Positions 55,936 to 62,909 of a stretch of 62,909 bases of DNA are shown one piece after another. The stretch is from the NCBI GenBank assembly GCA_041611735.1, contig JBFIML010000025.1:1-62909 (forward strand), written 5' to 3'. Positions within the stretch are counted from its first letter, which is position 1, and each line of letters starts with the position of its first letter. The notes beneath the pieces were generated by a model. It searched no databases and was not told the DNA's origin. It saw only the letters and a list, made by a program, of their open reading frames with translations. The stretch comes from Myxococcota bacterium. Lineage in GTDB: Bacteria > Myxococcota_A > UBA9160 > PR03. A program made the translations under genes and the position numbers.

Positions 55936-58611
55936 ATGACGAGCCCCCTCCCCCAGTCCTCTGGCGCCGCACACTCCAAGCCCAAGGTCGCCTGGCACGC
56001 GGTCGAGATCCGCCGTGCCGCCGCCGAGATCGGGGTGGATCTGGAGCGCGGCCTCGATCCCGCCGAGGTGCGACAGCGCCTCGCCGAGCACGGGCCCAAC
56101 CAGCTCGCCGAGAAGCCGCCCCGCTCCGCGTGGATGCTGTTCGCCCAGCAGTTCGAGAGCGTGCTGATCCTGATCCTCGCGGGCGCCGCACTGCTCGCCT
56201 CCGCCATTGGTCACCATCTCGACGCCGCCGTGATCCTGGTGGTGGTCGTCATCAACGCGGTGCTCGGATTCGTGCAGGAGCAGCGGGCCGAGCGGGCGGC
56301 GGCCGCCTTGAAGAAGATGCTCGCCATCCGCTCGCGGGTGCGGCGCAAGGGGGAGGTGCGACGCGTCTCCGCGGCCCGGCTCGTCCCGGGCGACGTCGTG
56401 TTGCTCGAGGCGGGCGACCGGGTGCCCGCTGACGGACGCCTCGTGGCCGCCCACCACTTCGAGATCGACGAGTCGATGCTGACCGGCGAGTCGCAGCCCG
56501 TCGCCAAGCGGGCGCAGCTCGTGCTGGCGGAGGACACCACGCTCGCCGAGCGCGTGAACATGGCCTTCATGAACACGCTGGTGACCCGAGGACGCAGCGA
56601 GCTGCTGGTGACGGACACGGGGATGCAAACCCAGGTGGGACGCCTGGCGGCCCTGCTCGAGGAGACCGAAGAGGGCTCCACCCCCCTGCAGCTCCAGCTC
56701 GACCGCCTGGGCAAGCGCATCGCGCTCGTGGCCGGGATCGCCGTCGGTCTCGTGTTCGGCTTCGGGTTGCTGCGCGGCGAGGCGCTGGGCCAGCTCGTGC
56801 TCACCTCCATCTCCCTGGCGGTGGCGTCCATCCCCGAGGGCCTGCCGGCGGTGGTGACGGTGACGCTCGCGCTCGGCATGCATCGCATGGCGCGCCAGCG
56901 CGCCATCGTAAAGCGGCTCTCCGCGGTGGAGACCCTCGGCTGTACGACCTTGATCTGCTCCGACAAGACCGGCACGCTGACGCGCAACCGCATGGAGGTG
57001 CGCGCCGTCTCCTTCTGCGGGCGGCGCTTCAGCCTGCCTGCGGAGGTCACGCTCACCGAGCTGGAACCCCTGCTCCTGCCCATGGCGCTCTGCAACGACT
57101 GCACCCTGCGGGCGGGCGAGCTGATCGGGGACCCGACCGAAGCGGCGCTGCTGTTCCTGGCTGCCCAGGCCGGCATACACCGGGAGGCCCACGAGGCGCG
57201 CCTGCCTCGCATCGCAGAGATCCCCTTCGACCCGGGTACCAAGCTGATGGCGACCTTCCACGAGGACCGCGGCTGCGTACGCGTGTTCGTGAAGGGCGCC
57301 CCGGAGGTCCTGCTGGAGCGTTGCACCACCGTCCTGGGGCCCGAGGGGCTCCAGCCCCTGGAGCCGGGATCGCCGCTGCACCCGCAGACCGAGAACGAGG
57401 CGCTCGCCGCCGGCGCCCTGCGGGTGCTCGGCGTGGCGACCCGCACCCTGAGCCCCGCCGACTTCCAGGGCGCTGCGGACCCCGGTGTGCATCTGCAGGG
57501 CCTGACCTTCGTGGGGCTCGTGGGTCTCATGGACGCTCCCCGTCTCGAGGCGCGCGAGGCCCTCGAGCTGTGCCGCGCCGCGGGCATCCAGGTGAAGATG
57601 GTGACGGGCGACCAGGCCCACACGGCGCGCGCCGTGGGCCGGGAGCTCGGGCTCCACGGGGAGGTCGTGACCGGCTCCGAGCTCGACCGCATGAGCGAAG
57701 AGGAGCTCGGAGCGCGGTTCGACTCGATCGCGATCTTCGCGCGCGTGGCTCCCGAGCACAAGGTCAAGATCGTGCGGGCCGCCAAGGCCCGCGGGCACGT
57801 GGTAGCCATGACCGGGGACGGAGTGAACGACGCACCCGCTCTCAAGAGCGCGGACATCGGCGTGGCCATGGGCGAGATCGGCACGGAGGTGGCGAAGGAG
57901 GCCGCCGCCATGGTGCTCACCGACGACGATTTCGCCACCATCGTCCGGGCGGTGCGGGAGGGGCGCGCCATCTACGAGAACATCGGCAAGTTCGTGCGCT
58001 TCCAGCTCTCGACCAACTTCGGCGCGCTGCTCTCGGTGTTCACCGCGCCGCTCGTCGGCCTGCCCCTGCCCTTCAATCCGATCCAGATCCTGTGGGTGAA
58101 CATCATCATGGACGGGCCGCCAGCCCTGGCCCTGGGCCTCGATCCGCCCTCCCCCGGTATCATGCAGGTGCCGCCGCGGGATCCGAAGGAACGCATCCTC
58201 ACCTGGCGACGCCTGAGCCGCCTGCTCGGCTACGGCACGATCATGGCAGTGGGAACGCTCGGCATCCTGGCGTGGGGGCTGCAGACCGGTTCAGCGGATC
58301 GCGCCCTCACGCTCGCCTTCACCACGTTCGTGCTGTTCCAGTTCTTCAACGTCTTCAATGCGCGCGCCGAGCGCGGCTCCGCCTTGAACGGGCAGCTCTT
58401 CACCAACTGGCGTCTGTGGGGCGCGCTGGCCATGGTGGTGGGCCTCCAGCTGCTGGCGGCCAACTGGGGCCCGGCTCAGGCGGTCTTTGCCACCGCCGAG
58501 CTCTCCGCGGCGGAGTTCCTGTTGGCCTCCGGCGTGGCCGCGTCGATCCTGCTGCTGGAGGAGGCGCGCAAGCTCCTGCTGGAGAAGCGCCGCAGCCCGG
58601 CCGCCGGCTAG
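55936..58611 (+). CDS. P2-type cation-transporting ATPase (Ca2+-like)
   Basis: TGES, PEGL, DKTGTLT, KGAPE, TGD and TGDGVNDAP motifs. Confidence 0.95.
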   Translation: MTSPLPQSSGAAHSKPKVAWHAVEIRRAAAEIGVDLERGLDPAEVRQRLAEHGPNQLAEKPPRSAWMLFAQQFESVLILILAGAALLASAIGHHLDAAVILVVVVINAVLGFVQEQRAERAAAALKKMLAIRSRVRRKGEVRRVSAARLVPGDVVLLEAGDRVPADGRLVAAHHFEIDESMLTGESQPVAKRAQLVLAEDTTLAERVNMAFMNTLVTRGRSELLVTDTGMQTQVGRLAALLEETEEGSTPLQLQLDRLGKRIALVAGIAVGLVFGFGLLRGEALGQLVLTSISLAVASIPEGLPAVVTVTLALGMHRMARQRAIVKRLSAVETLGCTTLICSDKTGTLTRNRMEVRAVSFCGRRFSLPAEVTLTELEPLLLPMALCNDCTLRAGELIGDPTEAALLFLAAQAGIHREAHEARLPRIAEIPFDPGTKLMATFHEDRGCVRVFVKGAPEVLLERCTTVLGPEGLQPLEPGSPLHPQTENEALAAGALRVLGVATRTLSPADFQGAADPGVHLQGLTFVGLVGLMDAPRLEAREALELCRAAGIQVKMVTGDQAHTARAVGRELGLHGEVVTGSELDRMSEEELGARFDSIAIFARVAPEHKVKIVRAAKARGHVVAMTGDGVNDAPALKSADIGVAMGEIGTEVAKEAAAMVLTDDDFATIVRAVREGRAIYENIGKFVRFQLSTNFGALLSVFTAPLVGLPLPFNPIQILWVNIIMDGPPALALGLDPPSPGIMQVPPRDPKERILTWRRLSRLLGYGTIMAVGTLGILAWGLQTGSADRALTLAFTTFVLFQFFNVFNARAERGSALNGQLFTNWRLWGALAMVVGLQLLAANWGPAQAVFATAELSAAEFLLASGVAASILLLEEARKLLLEKRRSPAAG

Positions 58612-59978
58612 GAGCCTCCCGGGGGCTCGCGCTTCTGGCGGCCCTCGGCGGGCTGGAAGCGAAGCCGCGCCACGCGCCGGCGCGCCACCTCGCTCACCAC
58701 CGCCTGGTAGCGGCCGATCCGCACCTCGTCGTCCTTGTGCGGCAGGCGGCCCAGCAGCGCCACCACGTGGCCACCGATCGTGTCGGACTCGTCGCCGAGA
58801 TCGTCCATGCTGAGATCCAGCACGTCCGCCGCCTCCGGCAGGGCCAAGCTGCCCGAGAGCTCGTAGACGCCGGGCTCGAGCTCGAGCACGTCCGGAGTCT
58901 CCTGATCGAACTCGTCCTGGATCGGACCCACGATCTCCTCCAGGGCGTCCTCCAGGAAGGCGAGCCCGATCGCGGTGCCGTGCTCGTCGAGCACCACGGC
59001 GCTGTGGCTTCGAGCGCGCTGCAAGGTCAGGATCAGCCGCGAGAGCGGCTGGGTGTCGGAGACGAAGATCGCCTTGCGCGAGAGCTTGCGGAGGTTCGGC
59101 TCCTCGCCCTGGGCCATGGCGTTGAGCACGGCCTTGGCGTGCACGAAGCCGATCACGGTGTCCAGGCCTACCTCGCACAGCGGGAAGCGCGAGTGGCCGC
59201 TCTCGCGCAGGATGCGGAGGTTCTCCTCCAGCGGGTTCTGGAGCGAGAGGTAGGTCACGTCTACCCGCGGCACCAGGATGTGGCGCACCTCGAGATCCAT
59301 GATGCCGAGGATGTTCTCGGCGAACTCGCGCTGACGGCCGGTGATGTGGCCGGCCTGGGCGGAGGCAGCCAGGATGCCACGCAGCTCGTCCACGTTGTGG
59401 GTGCCCTCGTGCAACTCCTTGGAGGAGAGCCCGGCTGCCCGCAGAATCCCGTTCGAAATCTCGTTGATGACCCAGATGAAGGGGCGGAACACGGCCGCGA
59501 AGGCGCGCAGGGGCAGGGCGACCTGTAACGACGTGCCCTCGGCCCGGTGGATCGCCCAGATCTTGGGCGCCTGCTCCCCGAGCGTCATGTGCAGGACGGT
59601 CACGACCGTCAGGGCAAGCGCGAGAGCCACGCCGTGCAGGAGCGGGTCGTGGGGGTCCACGGTCCAGCCGAGGCTCACCGCCGTGGCGATCAGCAGCTCC
59701 GCCACCGCCGGCTCCGCCAACCAGCCCAGGATCAGGCTCGCCAGGGTGATGCCCAGCTGGCAGGCCGAGAGATAGAGGTCCATGTGGCCGTAGATGTGGC
59801 GCGCCACCCCGGCCCGGGTGCTGCCCGCCTCGGCCAGGGCGTCGAGCCGGCTCCCGCGCACCTTCACCAGGGCGAACTCGGCGGCCACGAAGAAGCCGTT
59901 CAGGCCCACGAAGAACAGGGTGGCAGCAAGACGCCAGGCGTACTTGGCGAGATCCAGTGAGGTTTCGGGCTCTGTCAA
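58608..59978 (-). CDS. Hemolysin/CNNM (TlyC/CorB) family protein
   Basis: NGFFVAAEFALVKVR, QLGITLASL.LG, GEQAPK, HSRFP CBS pair, EDALEEIVG.I.DEFD and CorC domain. Confidence 0.93.
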   Translation of the reverse strand: MTEPETSLDLAKYAWRLAATLFFVGLNGFFVAAEFALVKVRGSRLDALAEAGSTRAGVARHIYGHMDLYLSACQLGITLASLILGWLAEPAVAELLIATAVSLGWTVDPHDPLLHGVALALALTVVTVLHMTLGEQAPKIWAIHRAEGTSLQVALPLRAFAAVFRPFIWVINEISNGILRAAGLSSKELHEGTHNVDELRGILAASAQAGHITGRQREFAENILGIMDLEVRHILVPRVDVTYLSLQNPLEENLRILRESGHSRFPLCEVGLDTVIGFVHAKAVLNAMAQGEEPNLRKLSRKAIFVSDTQPLSRLILTLQRARSHSAVVLDEHGTAIGLAFLEDALEEIVGPIQDEFDQETPDVLELEPGVYELSGSLALPEAADVLDLSMDDLGDESDTIGGHVVALLGRLPHKDDEVRIGRYQAVVSEVARRRVARLRFQPAEGRQKREPPGGS

Positions 59979-60062
59979 GCGGCTCCTGCCTCGGCCGGGA
60001 GTGGGAGGAGGATGGGGCGGCGGGGCCTCTGGCGCAACGGCAGCGGGTCCCCGCGGGCGGCA

Positions 60063-60881
60063 TCACTCCACGTGAACGGTCACCAGCAGGACGCGCTCCT
60101 GCCGGCGCTGCTCGTGCAGGAAGCCGGAGAAGGGATCCACGGCCCGGGTGGCGTCGTCTCGGGTGATGCGGCCCACGGCCAGCGTGCGCCCGGGCTCCAC
60201 CTCCAGCGTGAGGGCCCCGCCGCTCGTCTCGATCACGTGACCCGCCCGCACCTGCGCCTCGAAGGGCACCAGGGCGAGACGCACCCGGCCGTCGCCGAGC
60301 AGGCGCGGGGTGACCTCGAAGCCCGACTGGGCCGAGACCCAGAGCGTGCTCTCCAACCAGCCGCTGCGCGTACGGAGCGGAAGCTCCCGGCCCAGGGCGA
60401 TGCGTCCGCTGTGTCCCTCCAGGAGGGCGAGGGTTCCCGCGAGACGCGGCTCGCCCGTCTCGCGCACGGCTTCGGGAACCACCCGCACCCGCACGCCCCC
60501 GCCTGGGACGGCGACGGTGCCCACGCGCACCGCACCGCTCCCGACGCCCCAGTCGATCCGCACCCCGGTCGCCTCGAGCGCATCGTGACCCAGCGACTCG
60601 TACTCGACCCGAATCGTGCGCAGGCGGCGATCCTGCTGGGCCAGGACCTCGAGGGTGCGGCGCAGGACCGGGGCCTCGCCGACCAGGAGGAGCGCGTTGG
60701 TGCGGGCGTCGATTTCCGCCGACCCCTGGCCGGCCAGGGCGGCGCGCGCCACGGGCAGCAGCTCCTCCGCCGTCCGGTGCCGGACCGGGTAGACGCGCAC
60801 CTCCGCGTGCCCGGCTACCGGAAGCGTGAGCGTGGCCAGCCCCAGCCCGAGAATGATCGCCTGGAGTCCGCGCCCGCGCAC
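60063..60881 (-). CDS. Short secretin-like protein (NolW-like N domain + truncated beta domain)
   Basis: Signal peptide; HRTAEELLP, DARTNALL, L..LD-like linker, G.SGRI..G...P, SGF.V.PR. Confidence 0.72.
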   Translation of the reverse strand: MRGRGLQAIILGLGLATLTLPVAGHAEVRVYPVRHRTAEELLPVARAALAGQGSAEIDARTNALLLVGEAPVLRRTLEVLAQQDRRLRTIRVEYESLGHDALEATGVRIDWGVGSGAVRVGTVAVPGGGVRVRVVPEAVRETGEPRLAGTLALLEGHSGRIALGRELPLRTRSGWLESTLWVSAQSGFEVTPRLLGDGRVRLALVPFEAQVRAGHVIETSGGALTLEVEPGRTLAVGRITRDDATRAVDPFSGFLHEQRRQERVLLVTVHVE

Positions 60882-60942
60882 CGCTCCTCCTCCCGCGGTA
60901 TGCTGCCGGAGTCGACACGGGGATTCCAGGAGGAGCGGCCCG

Positions 60943-62364
60943 ATGGCCGCCCGATCCTACGATTGGCTCCCGGCCCAGGACAGCTCGTTCGTCATGTTCG
61001 AGCGCCGGCACACGCACATGCACGTGGCGGCGCTGGCGCTGTTCGAAGCCGGCCCGCTCCGGACCGCCTCGGGCGGGCTCGACGTGGAACGCATCCGCGG
61101 GCACGTGGCGGCGCGCCTCGTGCGGCTAGCCCGTTACCGGCAGCGTCTCGCCTTCACGCCGCTCGGACGCCACGCCATCTGGGTCGACGACGAGCGCTTC
61201 AATCTCCACTACCACGTGCGTCACACGAGCCTGCCTCAGCCCGGCGACGAACCTGCGCTCAAGGCGCTCGCCGGGCGCATCATGTCCCAGCAGCTGGACC
61301 GCGAAAAGCCGCTCTGGGAGATGTGGCTCGTGGAAGGCGTGGACGGCGATCGCTTCGCCATGCTGCTGAAGGTCCACCACTGCATGGTGGACGGAATCGC
61401 GGGGCTCGGGCTGCTCTCGCTGCTGCTGAGCCCCTCTCCGCGAGTGCATCGGGAGAGGACGGAGCCCTGGGTTCCCCGCCCCGGCCCGGGGCCGCTGCGA
61501 CTGCTGCTCGACGAGGGTCGTCGCCGCGTGCGGGTTCCCCTGGCGGCCGCCCGGACCCTCGGGAGCGCCCTGACCGCGCCGCGCCGCACGCTCACCCAGG
61601 CTGCGGAGGCGGCCGATTCGATCCGCCAGACCCTGGAGGCCGGCCTGCGGCGGGTCGCCGCCACGCCCTTGAACCGGCCGATCGGCACGCATCGGCGCGT
61701 GGACTGGCAGACCCTCGATCTCGCCGCCGTGAAGGAGGTGAGGAAGCGCCTGGACGGAAGCGTGAACGACGTGGTGCTCACGGTGGCGGCGGGCGCGGTG
61801 CGGCGCTTCCTCCGCCGGCGGCGCTGGCGGGCCGATCGCCTCGACTACCGGGTGGTGATCCCGGTGAACCTGCGCTCTGCATCGGACGAAGCGCAGTCCG
61901 CAAACCGGGTCTCGGCCTGGTTCCTGTCCCTGCCGGTCGGTGAGCGCGACCCGCTGCGCCGCTTCCGGAGCATCCGCGAGCAGACCCGGCGCCTCAAGAA
62001 CTCCCGGGTGGCCCAGGGAACCGACCTCTTTGCCCAGTTCGTGGACTGGACCGAGTCGACGCTCCTGACGTATGCGGGGGTGCGGCTCGCCGCGCGTCTG
62101 CATCCCTACAACCTGATCGTGACGAACGTGGCAGGCCCCCAGGTCCCCCTCTACCTGGTGGGGGCCCGCATGCAGGCCATCTATCCCCAGCTCCCCCTGT
62201 TCGAGAACCAGGGAATCGGCGTGGCGGTGATGAGCTACCTGGACCAGGTCTGCTTTGGCCTGATCGGCGACTGGGACCTGGCGGCGGACCTGCCGGCCTT
62301 CGCGCGGGACGTGGCGGGCTCCTTCGAGGAGCTGCGGGCGGCGACCGAGCGGACCCGCCGATGA
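60943..62364 (+). CDS. Wax ester synthase/diacylglycerol acyltransferase (WS/DGAT)
   Basis: HMHVA, LDREKPLWEMW, HHCMVDG catalytic motif, SVNDVVL and NLIVTNVAGP. Confidence 0.95.
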   Translation: MAARSYDWLPAQDSSFVMFERRHTHMHVAALALFEAGPLRTASGGLDVERIRGHVAARLVRLARYRQRLAFTPLGRHAIWVDDERFNLHYHVRHTSLPQPGDEPALKALAGRIMSQQLDREKPLWEMWLVEGVDGDRFAMLLKVHHCMVDGIAGLGLLSLLLSPSPRVHRERTEPWVPRPGPGPLRLLLDEGRRRVRVPLAAARTLGSALTAPRRTLTQAAEAADSIRQTLEAGLRRVAATPLNRPIGTHRRVDWQTLDLAAVKEVRKRLDGSVNDVVLTVAAGAVRRFLRRRRWRADRLDYRVVIPVNLRSASDEAQSANRVSAWFLSLPVGERDPLRRFRSIREQTRRLKNSRVAQGTDLFAQFVDWTESTLLTYAGVRLAARLHPYNLIVTNVAGPQVPLYLVGARMQAIYPQLPLFENQGIGVAVMSYLDQVCFGLIGDWDLAADLPAFARDVAGSFEELRAATERTRR

Positions 62365-62909
62365 GGAAGCGGCTGGGTCAGGGTCTGGAGCTGGCGCTTC
62401 GCTCGGGAGCCGCACCGCTCGTCTTCGGGCTGCGCTGGCTCGACGGCCGGCGCGCCGAGGCGACCGACGTGCCGCCGCCGGGGCGCAGCGCGCGCCTGTG
62501 GGCCAAGGTCGCGCTGGACGAAATCTTCTTCGCCACCGAGGTGGTCTCGGCGGTGCTGATCTCCCTGGAGGAGCACGGCCGGCTGGTCCGCGAGCTCGAC
62601 GCGGCCCTCGAGCTCTACGAGGAGCGCGGCTGGCTAGAGGATCCGACCGGATTCCACGGCGACCCGCCGCCGGTCGTCGAGGCGACGCTCCAGGACGTAC
62701 GGGCCTCCTGGGGGACCTGGCGTCACCTGCGCTTCGAGAGCGGCTACGAGCCCCATCCCGGCGAGCCGGGCCGGGAGCGCTGGCTGGACCAGCCGGAGAA
62801 CCGCACCGCCCATGCCTGGCTGCTGGAGCACTCGGGCCCGGAGCGGCCCTGGCTCGTGTGCGTGCCCGGCTACCGCATGGGACACCCGGCGGTGGACTTC
62901 ACTGGCTTC
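62361..62909 (+). CDS. Alpha/beta hydrolase-like protein (Rv2627c-like), 3' end outside the window
   Basis: ATGA overlap with WS/DGAT; GWLEDP..FH..PP, FESGYEP.PGEPG..RW, N.TAHAW.L.H and PWLVCV.GY.MG. Confidence 0.72.
   Translation, partial: MRKRLGQGLELALRSGAAPLVFGLRWLDGRRAEATDVPPPGRSARLWAKVALDEIFFATEVVSAVLISLEEHGRLVRELDAALELYEERGWLEDPTGFHGDPPPVVEATLQDVRASWGTWRHLRFESGYEPHPGEPGRERWLDQPENRTAHAWLLEHSGPERPWLVCVPGYRMGHPAVDFTGF

Noticed and set aside
58608..58617. CTAGGAGCCT match to the MITE end
   Set aside because: Only 10 bp, inside the last codons of the hemolysin-family gene, and compatible with chance.
1..62909. CRISPR array, tRNA/rRNA, prophage, integron or complete defence system
   Set aside because: No spaced direct repeats, structural RNA signatures, integrase, phage or cas genes were seen by eye. 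The SLATT and DraG genes lack partners.

Overview
Very GC-rich, densely coding bacterial chromosome segment, probably Myxococcota or a related deltaproteobacterial lineage (inferred from composition and a Cys/hydrophobic/Arg-rich C-terminal sorting tail). About 55 genes are supported, mostly metabolic. They cover lipid and acyl-CoA enzymes (SDRs, crotonases, OYE, WS/DGAT), threonine catabolism (tdh-kbl) divergent from citrate synthase, an amino-acid dehydrogenase plus 2-oxoacid:ferredoxin oxidoreductase operon, two-component and partner-switching signalling, transporters and exported hydrolases. I found no rRNA, tRNA, CRISPR array, prophage or intact transposase. Most long ORFs in the supplied track are GC-rich shadows or over-extended starts. 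The best leads are: a CTAG-targeting MITE with a solo end elsewhere, and a collapsed IS-end scar; an ATP-grasp-like protein coupled to a CocE/NonD hydrolase and facing a Ddl-like ligase; homologs of eukaryote-associated proteins (C4orf33/UPF0462, myo-inositol oxygenase, an nSMase-like EEP); an orphan SLATT 2TM effector; a DUF2868 protein with a dynamin-like tail; a REC-PP2C-STAS fusion with a kinase carrying an unnamed sensor domain; two gene remnants; and recurrent leaderless-type promoters. No complete novel system is proven. All family calls come from motif recognition without database searches.
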